Made by a program: the position numbers and the translations under genes. A stretch of 64,000 nt of DNA from Acidobacteriota bacterium (lineage in GTDB: Bacteria > Acidobacteriota > UBA6911). Shown piece by piece: positions 29,421 through 39,198 of this stretch. A model generated the notes under the pieces. The model was not told where the DNA came from and did not search any database. It was given only the letters and a program-made list of their open reading frames with translations. The stretch covers positions 1,280,001-1,344,000 of the forward strand of contig OY761556.1 in the NCBI GenBank assembly GCA_963664705.1, written 5' to 3'. Position 1 is the stretch's first letter; each line of letters starts with the position of its first letter.

Positions 29421-30542
29421 ATGAAATCAGCGCAGGTGTTGAAGAGAATGCTGTCTGTTGTGAAACTCACCATGGTGGTCCTGATCCTGTCCATTTGCGT
29501 CTTCGGAGGGCAGTTGCCGGACCAGGCCCTGAACTCGGCCAGTCCGCGCATTCGGGAAATCATGAATGCCCAGGAGGAAGCTACTCCGGAATTGATGGCG
29601 ATCGAGGATGTGATCGGCACGGCGATCGGCCAGGATGACGACGGCGAACCGACCATCCTGGTTTTTGTCAATCTGGAGGGGAAAAATCCTTCGGCCAACA
29701 GCCGCAAGATTCCCAAGGCCATCAAGGGCGAACGCGTTACGGTCTCAATTACCGAGCCTTTTCGCGCATTTGCCGGGAAGAACAGTCCCACCACCACGGT
29801 ATCCCATACGGCAAAACAGGCGCTTCCGATCAAACTTGGAACTTCCGGCGGATGGCGCAACGATCTTGCCAACGGCTACTGCTGCGGTGGAACCCTGGGC
29901 GCGCTGATTCAGGTCAATGGCCAACAATATATTCTGAGCAACTATCACGTGTTCGAAGCCGATATCGTTCCCGGAGGGAATGGAGTTGTTGCCACCAACG
30001 GGAGCTATGCCATTCAACCGGGGTTGATCGATGTGGGATGTGGGGCCCCAAGCGCGCAAAATGTGGCGACTCTCCAGATACTCAAGTCCCTGCCCAACAG
30101 CAATGTGGATGCCTCCATCGCCCAGGTGCTTAGCGGAGCCGTCAGCGCCGAGATCCTGGAAATTGGCCCCATCTCCTCACAAACTGTTCCCGCTGCCCTG
30201 AATCAGAAGGTCAAAAAGAGCGGCCGGACCACCGGATTGACGCGCAGCTCTGTGAGCGGACTGAATGCCACAATATCCGTGACGTATGAGAACGAATGCG
30301 CCGGAGGTACGGCATTTACCAAAATCTTCACGGGGCAGATCGTCCTGGCCAATCGGAGCAGCCGGTTCCTCAACAGCGGCGATTCCGGATCGCTGCTGGT
30401 TGAGGATTACACCACCAATCCGCGCGCGATCGGACTGTTGTTTGCCGGCAGCAGCTCGCTCGCCATTGCCAATCCAATCAACCAGGTGCTTGCGTTTGTG
30501 GGAAACGCACTGGGGGGATCCGCGACGATGGTTGGCAACTGA
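29421..30542 (+). CDS. secreted trypsin-like (S1/Nal1-like) serine protease
   Basis: LSNYHV (His), VDASIA (Asp), GDSGS (Ser), KSGRTTG. Confidence 0.85.
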   Translation: MKSAQVLKRMLSVVKLTMVVLILSICVFGGQLPDQALNSASPRIREIMNAQEEATPELMAIEDVIGTAIGQDDDGEPTILVFVNLEGKNPSANSRKIPKAIKGERVTVSITEPFRAFAGKNSPTTTVSHTAKQALPIKLGTSGGWRNDLANGYCCGGTLGALIQVNGQQYILSNYHVFEADIVPGGNGVVATNGSYAIQPGLIDVGCGAPSAQNVATLQILKSLPNSNVDASIAQVLSGAVSAEILEIGPISSQTVPAALNQKVKKSGRTTGLTRSSVSGLNATISVTYENECAGGTAFTKIFTGQIVLANRSSRFLNSGDSGSLLVEDYTTNPRAIGLLFAGSSSLAIANPINQVLAFVGNALGGSATMVGN

Positions 30543-30622
30543 GTTTGTCGGAAAGATTTCAGGTTTGATTCCAGATTCGAGCGCACTAGGAGTGCCGGCA
30601 AGAGGCCGGCACTCCCGGTAAG

Positions 30623-32083
30623 CTATTCTCCAATCAGCCTGGGAAGCCGCAGGAATTCCTGGATGCGCGCGAGCAGCGGCCGCTGCGCCTCGGTTGAAGC
30701 GGGCTGCCCTGCCACCGCTACCGCCCTATGCCTCTCAATCGCTGCCTGGCGCGCCGATACCACGGAGCCGATTCGTTGCACAACGTCCGGGTTTGCGAGC
30801 GCGATGTCCCGCAGCGCTTCCGAGGTCAGTTCCACCAGTTCGCATTCTTCCAGCGCTTCCACCGTGGCGGATCGCGGCTGGCCGGTCAGCAGCGACATCT
30901 CCCCGATATAGCCTCCCGCCTCCACCACCGCCAGTTCACCCGCAGCGTTCTCCACAACCCGGACGCGGCCGCATCGGATCACAAACATCGATCCTCCCGC
31001 ATCCCCCTGGCGGACGATCCGCTCTCCCTTTCCATAAATTCTCTCAAGGGCTCCCGCCGCCAGCGCATGCCGCTGCTCCTCTGTCAGGGGCGCAAACAGC
31101 TCCAGCGGCGCGAGGATGCTGTCGATCCTGCGTGTGCGGCTTGAAGCGCTCTCCGGTGCCTCCTGCCTCGGAATTTCCACCTGGATCGGGAACGGAATTT
31201 CATAACCGTGGCGCCGCAGCGCATAATAAATGGCCGATTGCATCTGATCCCGCGCCGCCGCATCACGACCGAAATCTTCCACCCAGAAACGCACGCGATA
31301 GACAATGGCTGAGGGGCCGAAGCTGACCAGCACCGCGTCCGGAGAAGGTTCTCTCAATGCCATCGACACATTGCCGGCAGCTTCGAGAAGAGCCGACTTG
31401 ACGCGGTCCGGGGATACCGAATAGCTGACCCCGACTTCCACCTCCAGCCGCGTCGGCACCGCCGGCTGCGAGTAATTGACGATGGCTTCCTTGGAAAGCA
31501 TGGAGTTCGGCAGGATCACCATATTCCCGGTCTTGGTCCGCAGCCGCGTGGCCCTCCAGGTGACTTCACTGACCTGCCCCTCGTGGCTCGCCACCCGGAT
31601 CCAATGGCCTACCCGAAAAGGCTTTTCGACCTGGATTGCCAGCCCCGCAAAAGTGTTGCCCAGCGTATCCTGCAGCGCAAAACCGATGACAACGGCGCCC
31701 ACCGCCGAAGTGGTGAGAAATTTCTCCTGCATGACCAGCGTGGCTACGACAAAAAACAATCCGATGATGATCGTGTCCTGAAGAATATTGGGGAAGCGCT
31801 CCGGGACCCGATCCTCCCGCAGCGGATTGATAGCCGTGATCACCACGATATTGATCACCGCGAGCGCAAAGCACAGCTCGATCACGGACTGAATGCGTAC
31901 CGCATTGGCCGCAGACAACCCTGTATAGTGCAGTACCGCCGTTCCCAGCACATAAACGGCCGCGAGCAGGAAGGATATCCGCAGTTTGCGCCGGATAAGC
32001 CGGTTGATGCTGGCCGCCCGAATCAGTACCGCTACAAGGATGACCCCAATCCCCAGCGCCATGCGCAACGCGAAGTCCGTCAC
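30623..32083 (-). CDS. MscS-family channel with C-terminal cNMP-binding domain
   Basis: GFALQDTLGN, PFRVGHWI, PNS, IPFP; cNMP motif GEMSLL...RSATV. Confidence 0.9.
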   Translation of the reverse strand: MTDFALRMALGIGVILVAVLIRAASINRLIRRKLRISFLLAAVYVLGTAVLHYTGLSAANAVRIQSVIELCFALAVINIVVITAINPLREDRVPERFPNILQDTIIIGLFFVVATLVMQEKFLTTSAVGAVVIGFALQDTLGNTFAGLAIQVEKPFRVGHWIRVASHEGQVSEVTWRATRLRTKTGNMVILPNSMLSKEAIVNYSQPAVPTRLEVEVGVSYSVSPDRVKSALLEAAGNVSMALREPSPDAVLVSFGPSAIVYRVRFWVEDFGRDAAARDQMQSAIYYALRRHGYEIPFPIQVEIPRQEAPESASSRTRRIDSILAPLELFAPLTEEQRHALAAGALERIYGKGERIVRQGDAGGSMFVIRCGRVRVVENAAGELAVVEAGGYIGEMSLLTGQPRSATVEALEECELVELTSEALRDIALANPDVVQRIGSVVSARQAAIERHRAVAVAGQPASTEAQRPLLARIQEFLRLPRLIGE

Positions 32084-32257
32084 AATATGTGTCCTCCCTT
32101 AGTCGTGATCCAGTGGCATCTTACAATGGAATGAAAACCGGCCGGAAAGGAATTCCCATTTTCCCGGTATGGGAAATCAAAGATGAACAATTTAGTAAAA
32201 TACAGCATCTAAGTTATTATTGTCATAAAGCTCTGACCGGAATGAGGAACTTCAATC

Positions 32258-33169
32258 ATGAAACGCAGTCGGACACCCGCCTGTCTGGTCGCGGTATCTC
32301 TCTTCTGTGTGCTTCCGTTGCTCCACGGCCAGGACCGCCGGCCGATTCCGTCCTTTCGCGCTGATGTGGTGAATGTGTTTGTGAAGGTCGCGGTCACCGA
32401 TCCGTTGAACCGCTATGTCACCGGCCTCGAAAAGGAGCATTTCAGGATTTACGAGGACCGTGTTCTGCAGACCATCACCCACTTTAGCCAGGAATCGGCT
32501 CCCATCAGTGTCGGCCTGATTTTCGACGTCAGCAGCAGCATGGGATATCGCAAGAATTTCCGGCTGGCTAAAAAGGATTTTCTCCCTTTCCTGGAATCGC
32601 GCAATCCGGATGACGAGTATTTTCTGGTGGCCTTCAACCGGACCGTCCGCCTGATTGAGGCATTTACCGAAGACAGCGCCGAAGTCCAGAACGGCATCGC
32701 AGTGCAGAAAAGCGGCGGCACTACCGCCTTATACGATGCCGTGTATATGGCACTGGACCAGATCAAGAGAGGGAAGAACGAAAAGAAAGCGCTGATCCTC
32801 ATAACCGACGGCGAAGACAACAGCAGCCGATACAGCGTCAACGAGGTCCGGGAATTCAGCAAAGAGTCCGGCGTCCAGATCTACGCGATCGGGCTGACCG
32901 GGCCGGAAGGGTACGGCAGTGGTCTGCTGCGGCAGCTGGTCGGAGTGACCGGAGGACGCGTGTTTTTCCCGAGTGGTTTGAACGATCTGGACTATTACAT
33001 CGATCTGATTCACACGGAATTGCGCAATCAATACCTGCTGGGCTATGTGCCCAACAATCCCGCGCGCGATGGCAAATGGAGGGAGATTACCATCAAGCTG
33101 GACGCGCCCCGCGGATTTCCCAAGCTGTCGATTCGTGCAAAAAAAGGATACTACGCGCCTCCAAACTAA
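32258..33169 (+). CDS. VWA domain protein (Acidobacteria type)
   Basis: signal peptide, MIDAS DVSSS, TALYDA, ITDGED, QYLLGY. Confidence 0.88.
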   Translation: MKRSRTPACLVAVSLFCVLPLLHGQDRRPIPSFRADVVNVFVKVAVTDPLNRYVTGLEKEHFRIYEDRVLQTITHFSQESAPISVGLIFDVSSSMGYRKNFRLAKKDFLPFLESRNPDDEYFLVAFNRTVRLIEAFTEDSAEVQNGIAVQKSGGTTALYDAVYMALDQIKRGKNEKKALILITDGEDNSSRYSVNEVREFSKESGVQIYAIGLTGPEGYGSGLLRQLVGVTGGRVFFPSGLNDLDYYIDLIHTELRNQYLLGYVPNNPARDGKWREITIKLDAPRGFPKLSIRAKKGYYAPPN

Positions 33170-33226
33170 ACGTCCCACATCCAACATCCAACGTCCAACG
33201 TCCAACGTTTCAACGTTTCAACGTTC
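33170..33226. repeat. short AACGTCC-type heptamer array
   Basis: AACGTCC/AACATCC/AACGTTTC units between convergent genes. Confidence 0.85.
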
Positions 33227-33565
33227 CACAACCTCTCCATTGGCACGGATCAGATAGGTGTGCTTGTTGGGAGCCAGCACGGTGGCTTCAATCATCTTAT
33301 TGTTGGCAAACTTTACCGTGAGCACCGAATCTCTTCCCCCCTGCCAGCGGTATTGAACCGTCGGCGGGTTTCCTTTGGGATCTTCGCCGGTTTTGGCACC
33401 GGGTGCGCCGGCAAGTTTGACCACCTGTTCGTAGGTCATTGACGGCTTGATTGTTGGAATGAACCTTCGATTAAAAACCGTTTCGGTAACCCCCGGCTGT
33501 CCTGCGAAGCAGACCAGCGTCGCCATACAAAGCAGTAATCCCATCCACAGCTTGCATCTATCCAT
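33218..33565 (-). CDS. small secreted hypothetical protein
   Basis: signal peptide (MDRCKLWMGLLLC...), MTYEQVVKLAG.PG motif reminiscent of BLIP/SmpA-like domains. Confidence 0.7.
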   Translation of the reverse strand: MDRCKLWMGLLLCMATLVCFAGQPGVTETVFNRRFIPTIKPSMTYEQVVKLAGAPGAKTGEDPKGNPPTVQYRWQGGRDSVLTVKFANNKMIEATVLAPNKHTYLIRANGEVVER

Positions 33566-33581
33566 CACGCCGCCCCCTGCC

Positions 33582-33885
33582 ACGTCCCCCATCCCCCACG
33601 TCCAACGTCTCAACGTCCCAACGTTCCACGTCCCACGTCCCAACGTCCAACGTCCCAACGTCCCAACGTCCCAACGTCCAACATCCCACGTCTAACGTCC
33701 CAACGTCCAACGTTCATCGTCCCAACGTCCAACGTCCCAACGTCCAACGTCCAACGTCTCAACGTCCCACGTCCCAACGTCCAACGTTCCAACGTCCAAC
33801 GTCCAACGTTCCAACGTCCCAACGTCCAACGTTCACCGTCCCAACGTCCAACGTCCAACGTCCAACGTTCACCGTCCAACGTTCA
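33582..33885. repeat. long AACGTCC(C) hepta/octamer tandem array (about 300 nt)
   Basis: dozens of AACGTCC, AACGTCCC, AACGTTCC and AACGTCTC units. Confidence 0.95.
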
Positions 33886-35661
33886 CCGTCCCCCACGCTC
33901 TCTCCTCAACAGCCAGACATCTGCTTCCGTGGTAGTCTGGCTGAAGTAAATCAGCCGGTCATCCGCGGAGACCGCGAAACCTCTTTTTGCAACCGACTGC
34001 GGAGCCACCGAAAGGACCGGATGCGTTCTTCCCGTGCGGCTGTCCAGAAGGTCGATCCCGCCATCGTGCGAAAACAGCAATCGCCGATCGTCGCTGAGCC
34101 AAACCGGATCCATTCCGTAGCGGGTGAGGCGTTCGAATTTATTCGAAGCCACGTGGTAAATTCCTATCCCCGCTTCCGATCCATCCGGGTTGATCAGCTG
34201 ACCCGCGATCATACTGCCTGTTTTTGACCAGGACCACGCCTGAAAATAGCCGCCAAACTGATCCAGGTGAATATCGAGCGGCACCTCCACCTTTTTCCTG
34301 AAATCCATCAGGAACGAACGGATGCCATAGATGGATCCGGCAATGCCCTTGCCGTCGGGAGACCAGAAGGGGGAGACCACCATGTGTTCGGGATAGTTCG
34401 TGATCCGCCGCAGCCCGGTCCCTTCGAAGTCAATGGTCCAGGCTTCATATTTGCCGCTGCGATTGGAAAAGAACGCCAGTTTTTTCCCGTCCGGCGACCA
34501 GCGCGGACCGCGATCCTGGTAAACATCGTTGGTCAGTTCCCGCAGCCCGATTCCGTCTGTTCCCACAACAAAGAGGTCTTCCTGTTTAGCCCAGGTGTTG
34601 AAGGCCAGCCACTTTCCATCGGGAGAAAGGGAGGGACGCGTGGCCTGCCTGGATCCGTGGGTGATCGCCAGCGGTTCGCCCCGGGCCAGTTCAGAGACGC
34701 TGTCGAACGGCACTTTATACAGGTTTGCGGTAAACGAGTACTGAACATAGGCGAGCCTGCCGCCGTTGGGGGCCACACTGATGTGCGAGCTGTCCGCGGA
34801 GGGGGTGGAGACCAGTTCCGGCTGCCCGAGCACTTTCCCTGTTTCCTCATCCATCGGAACGCAATACAGATTCATGTTGCCGGACCGGTCGCTGGAGAAG
34901 TAGAGCGCGTCTCCGGTGGCCGACCAGACCGGATTCCAGTTGATTGATCCCGTTGTCACCCGCACTGGCTGCGGGCTGGCTCCTTCCGGAATCTGCGCGG
35001 GGATCGTCCAGACATTCCGGCCGCCGCCGGTATCAATCGCCCAGAACGCAATGCGCTTGCCATGCGGCGACCACTGCGGCTGCACTGCATCCCCTTTATA
35101 GAGAAGCCGTCGTTCGCCCCGGGGATAATCGGCAATCCAGAGGCCGCTGCCGGTGGCCGCGCGGTCTTCGGGGCGTGTAATGCTCTCGCCGGCCAGCAGG
35201 ATTTTTCGCCCATCCGGCGACCATGCGGGATTGTAGCCAAAGTCCGTAACCTGCTGCACCGCATTGGTGGTTGCGTGCATGACAAAAATGCCGCCACCAT
35301 TCCGTTCGGAGCGGAATGCAATCAGCTTTCCATCGGGGGAAAATGCGGGCTGCGTGTCGTCGTCGGGGCAGTCTCGCGTGAGGTTCATTGGGATCCGGCC
35401 CCCGACTTTGGCCAGCATGATATCCCAGTTGCCCTCGGTGCGTGCGCTGTAGACGAATGTATTCTCCGCCGGGGAAAGGCTGGGGAAATACTCCGGTCCC
35501 GGCTGGCTCGTGAGCTGCAGAAAGGAAACAGTTTCATCCGCCCCGTTGCCGAAAAGGGTGCCTTTCAAATACGCGTGGATGATGAATGCCAGCGCAATGA
35601 CCACGCAGAGGCCCGCGATAATCTTGATAAGCTTCCCTGGAATGGATCCTGCGGACGACAT
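33883..35661 (-). CDS. membrane-anchored TolB-like PD40 beta-propeller protein
   Basis: N-terminal TM helix; repeated P.WSPDG..IAF.S.R.G motifs. Confidence 0.88.
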   Translation of the reverse strand: MSSAGSIPGKLIKIIAGLCVVIALAFIIHAYLKGTLFGNGADETVSFLQLTSQPGPEYFPSLSPAENTFVYSARTEGNWDIMLAKVGGRIPMNLTRDCPDDDTQPAFSPDGKLIAFRSERNGGGIFVMHATTNAVQQVTDFGYNPAWSPDGRKILLAGESITRPEDRAATGSGLWIADYPRGERRLLYKGDAVQPQWSPHGKRIAFWAIDTGGGRNVWTIPAQIPEGASPQPVRVTTGSINWNPVWSATGDALYFSSDRSGNMNLYCVPMDEETGKVLGQPELVSTPSADSSHISVAPNGGRLAYVQYSFTANLYKVPFDSVSELARGEPLAITHGSRQATRPSLSPDGKWLAFNTWAKQEDLFVVGTDGIGLRELTNDVYQDRGPRWSPDGKKLAFFSNRSGKYEAWTIDFEGTGLRRITNYPEHMVVSPFWSPDGKGIAGSIYGIRSFLMDFRKKVEVPLDIHLDQFGGYFQAWSWSKTGSMIAGQLINPDGSEAGIGIYHVASNKFERLTRYGMDPVWLSDDRRLLFSHDGGIDLLDSRTGRTHPVLSVAPQSVAKRGFAVSADDRLIYFSQTTTEADVWLLRRERGGR

Positions 35662-35731
35662 GCACGAGCCTCAAAACACGAGAATGCGGCCACGAAATCG
35701 GCATCTGGATGGAATGCAATTCGTGACGAAT

Positions 35732-37126
35732 TTAGCGGCTGACCACCAGGTCGTGAATCGCTTCCACAGCCTTCCGCGCATCAGCCTGTTCGACCAGCAA
35801 AGAGATGTTCAGCTCCGAGGATCCCTGGGCAATGGCAACGATGTTCACCCCGGCCTGCGCGACCGCGGAAAACGTTCTTCCCGCGATTCCTCGCAGTCCT
35901 TTCATCCCTTCCCCCACAACCGCCACGATCGACATCGGTTCCTGCAGCTTGATATCATCGATCGTCTTCCGGGCGATGTCCATTTCGAATTCCGCGCGCA
36001 GCTCTCTGACGGCCCGGGCGCAATCCTTTTGCGGAATGACCACGCAGATATTGTGCTCCGAGGATGCCTGCGAGATCATCATGACGTTGACCTGCACGCG
36101 GGCGAGTGTGTCGAAAATTCTCGCCGATACACCAGGCACGCCCACCATCCCGTTTCCTTCCACTGCGACAAGTCCCAGGTTGTCGATGGAAGTGACGTTC
36201 TTGACGACGCGCTCCACCGAATTGGAGACAGCGGCGATCAGCGTGCCGGGATGCGAAGGATTGAAAGTGTTCTTGATCCGGATCGGAATCTCATTTTCTA
36301 TCGCGGGGAGCATGGTTTTGGGATGAATCACCTTCGCCCCGAAATAGGACATCTCCGCCGCTTCCCGATAGGATATTTGCGGCAGCACCACCGCTCCCTT
36401 TACATAACGGGGGTCGGCCGTCATCACGCCATCCACATCCGTCCAGATCCAGATTTCCTCGCTCCCGAGCGCAGCTCCCACGATGGAACCGGTATAGTCC
36501 GATCCGCTTCGGCCGAGCGTTGTCGTCAGCCCATCCTCGGTGCTACCGATGAACCCGGTCACGACCGGTACGATTTTCTTCAGCAGCAGCGGCAGAATCC
36601 GCTCCCGGATCCTGTCGTTTGTCACCGAAAAATCAACCCCTGCCTCCCCAAACCTGGAATCGGTGCGCACCAGTTGCCTGGAATCGACAAATTCCGCGGC
36701 AATGCCGCTGTCGCTCAGAATGGCCGCGATCTGCATGCAGGACAGGATTTCTCCAAACGAGGCGATGGCATCCAGGGAACGGATGCTTAATTCCCTCAGC
36801 AGGCTGACGCCGTGATATAGATTTGCCAGTTCCTGAAAATTCCTCGAATGGCCTTCGAGCAGATCCCTTTTGCGATCCGGGTTCTGCACCAGGGCTTCAA
36901 CGATAGAAAAGTGCTTTTCCCGAAGCAGCTCGATATTTTTTTCGACGCGGAGAGCGTCCCGCTGCACGGCGAGCTGGGCGGTTTCGAGCAATATGTTGGT
37001 AACCCCGCCCATGGCTGAGGCGACAACCACGGGGTTGTTGGGCAGATTCGACCGCACGATCGAAGCGACTTCGCGGAGGCGCTGGATATCGCCTACAGAG
37101 GTTCCACCGAATTTCATCGTGATCAT
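35732..37126 (-). CDS. aspartate kinase with two ACT domains
   Basis: MKFGGTSV, TTLGRSGSDY, WTDVDG, YFGAKVIHP, SQASSE, AQGSSE. Confidence 0.93.
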   Translation of the reverse strand: MITMKFGGTSVGDIQRLREVASIVRSNLPNNPVVVASAMGGVTNILLETAQLAVQRDALRVEKNIELLREKHFSIVEALVQNPDRKRDLLEGHSRNFQELANLYHGVSLLRELSIRSLDAIASFGEILSCMQIAAILSDSGIAAEFVDSRQLVRTDSRFGEAGVDFSVTNDRIRERILPLLLKKIVPVVTGFIGSTEDGLTTTLGRSGSDYTGSIVGAALGSEEIWIWTDVDGVMTADPRYVKGAVVLPQISYREAAEMSYFGAKVIHPKTMLPAIENEIPIRIKNTFNPSHPGTLIAAVSNSVERVVKNVTSIDNLGLVAVEGNGMVGVPGVSARIFDTLARVQVNVMMISQASSEHNICVVIPQKDCARAVRELRAEFEMDIARKTIDDIKLQEPMSIVAVVGEGMKGLRGIAGRTFSAVAQAGVNIVAIAQGSSELNISLLVEQADARKAVEAIHDLVVSR

Positions 37127-37242
37127 ATTTTCAAACTCCAGGGGATTTTCCCTATTATCTGCTAGTATGGACAATTCGGAAAGAAAAACGCCGCGAATTC
37201 AACCATTATACGAACGGCTGGTCGATTCGTTCCATTCATAGC

Positions 37243-39198
37243 ATGGAGGAGGGCCGCGTGAAGATATTCGTTCCCGGGCGCGTCTGTTTGTTTGGTGAGC
37301 ATTCCGACTGGGCCGGAGGGCATCGCAGAATCAACTCCGAGATTGAAAAGGGGTATACGCTGCTTGCGGGTACGGACCAGGGAATCCATGCCAATGTGGA
37401 ATCGCACCCGAATGCGCTCGTGATCCACTCCACAACGCCCAGGGGAGAAAAGCAGGGCCCCTATGAGATTCCCATGCAGCCGAAAGCGCTGCTCGAAGAG
37501 GCACAGAAGGGAGGCTTCTGGAGCTATATCGCCGGCGTTGCCTACCAGGTGCTTACCCATTACCACGTGCGCGGCCTCGTAATCGATAACTACAAAACCG
37601 ACCTTCCCATGAAGAAGGGATTGTCTTCGAGCGCGGCCGTCTGTGTGTTGACGGCGCGGGCCTTCAATCGCATCTATGATCTGAAAATGACCGTGCGCGG
37701 CGAGATGGAACTTGCCTATCAGGGGGAGATCACAACTCCATCGCGCTGCGGCCGCATGGACCAGGGCTGCGCTTTCGGAAATCGGCCCATTCTGATGACC
37801 TACGACAGCGACCGCCTGGACGTCAAGGAACTGCGCGTGCGCGAAAATATGTACCTGGTGCTCGTGGACCTGGGCGGACAGAAAGATACCCTGGAAATTC
37901 TCGCACGGCTCAATCGCGCCTACCCCTTTGCTAAAAATGAGATGGAAGAGAAGATCCAGGAGCTATTCGGGTCGATCAACAAGCGGGTCGTGCACCAGGC
38001 CATGGACGCGCTGGAAAAGTCAGATGCGCAAAAGCTGGGCGAACTGATGGTCGAGGCGCAGGGTTATTTCGATCGCTATGCCCTGCCGGCCTGCCCGGAG
38101 GAGCTCACCGCTCCGCTGCTCCACAAAATTCTGGATTATGCGCCGCTCAAACCGCACATCTGGGGCGGCAAGGGTGTCGGTTCGCAGGGAGACGGGACCG
38201 CGCAACTGCTGGCGCGCAGCGAGTCGGACCAGAAGTCGGTTGTGGAAATCGTGGAGCGCGACCTGCGAATGTCCTGCCTCCCGCTGACGCTGAAAACAGG
38301 ACAGAAGGTGCGGAAAGCCGTCATCCCCGCGGCCGGGTTCGGCACGCGCCTGTTCCCGGCTTCCAAAGCCACAAAAAAGGAACTGTTTCCGATTGTGGAC
38401 CGCGACGGCATTGCCAAGCCGGTCATCCTGTTGCTCGTAGAGGAGGCACTGAACGCCGGCATCGAAGAAGTGATCCTCATTGTCCAGGAGCATGACCTCG
38501 GCGACTTCCGATCTTTCTTCGAAGAACAGGTGACCATCGAGAACTACAACAAACTTCCTAAGCACTTTCAGGACTATTCCCGGCGGCTCCTGGAAATGGG
38601 GCGACGCGTTTCGTTTGTGACCCAGCGGGCTCAGGAGGGATTCGGTCATGCGGTTTATTGCGCGCGGGAGGCCGTCGGCAATGAGCCCTTCCTTCTGATG
38701 CTGGGAGACCACCTGTACCGATCAAACACGGAAATGTCGTGTGCGCAGCAGTTGATCGCTTCCTTTGAAGAACATGGGATGAGCGCCCTCGGGCTGCGTC
38801 GTACCCCCGAGGCGCAGTTGGCCAACTTCGGAACCGCAACCGGCGTATGGCTGGAGAGTGAGCGGCTGCTGAGCATCAGCGAGTTTGCCGAAAAGCCGAC
38901 GGCGGATTATGCGCGCAATAACCTGAGAGTGCCCGGCCTTGGCGAAAACGAATACCTGACCGTTTTCGGCCAGTATATTATCAAGCCCATGCTCTTTGAC
39001 TATCTCGAGGAACACATCAAAAACAATGTGCGCGACCGCGGCGAATTCCAGCTTACGTCCGCGCTGGACCGGCTGCGGAAGGAGGATGGTTTCCTCGGCC
39101 TGATGATCGACGGCCAGCGCTATGATATCGGGCTGCCGGAATATTATCTGGAAACATTGCAGGCTTTCGCCTCGAATTCCGCGAAGCTCACCCCATGA
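37243..39198 (+). CDS. GHMP sugar kinase fused to GalU-like sugar-1-phosphate nucleotidyltransferase
   Basis: PGRVCLFGEHSD, PMKKGLSSSAA, CGRMDQ; then AVIPAAGFGTR, GFGHAV, LGDH, FAEKP, YDIG. Confidence 0.9.
   Translation: MEEGRVKIFVPGRVCLFGEHSDWAGGHRRINSEIEKGYTLLAGTDQGIHANVESHPNALVIHSTTPRGEKQGPYEIPMQPKALLEEAQKGGFWSYIAGVAYQVLTHYHVRGLVIDNYKTDLPMKKGLSSSAAVCVLTARAFNRIYDLKMTVRGEMELAYQGEITTPSRCGRMDQGCAFGNRPILMTYDSDRLDVKELRVRENMYLVLVDLGGQKDTLEILARLNRAYPFAKNEMEEKIQELFGSINKRVVHQAMDALEKSDAQKLGELMVEAQGYFDRYALPACPEELTAPLLHKILDYAPLKPHIWGGKGVGSQGDGTAQLLARSESDQKSVVEIVERDLRMSCLPLTLKTGQKVRKAVIPAAGFGTRLFPASKATKKELFPIVDRDGIAKPVILLLVEEALNAGIEEVILIVQEHDLGDFRSFFEEQVTIENYNKLPKHFQDYSRRLLEMGRRVSFVTQRAQEGFGHAVYCAREAVGNEPFLLMLGDHLYRSNTEMSCAQQLIASFEEHGMSALGLRRTPEAQLANFGTATGVWLESERLLSISEFAEKPTADYARNNLRVPGLGENEYLTVFGQYIIKPMLFDYLEEHIKNNVRDRGEFQLTSALDRLRKEDGFLGLMIDGQRYDIGLPEYYLETLQAFASNSAKLTP

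Noticed and set aside
24172-30600. Integrase-type island at tRNA-Arg(UCU)
   Set aside because: The region looks accessory, but I found no integrase and no duplicated tRNA 3' end.
33610-33879. ORF of WTLDVGR repeats
   Set aside because: It is the translation of the AACGTCC array; nothing supports coding.
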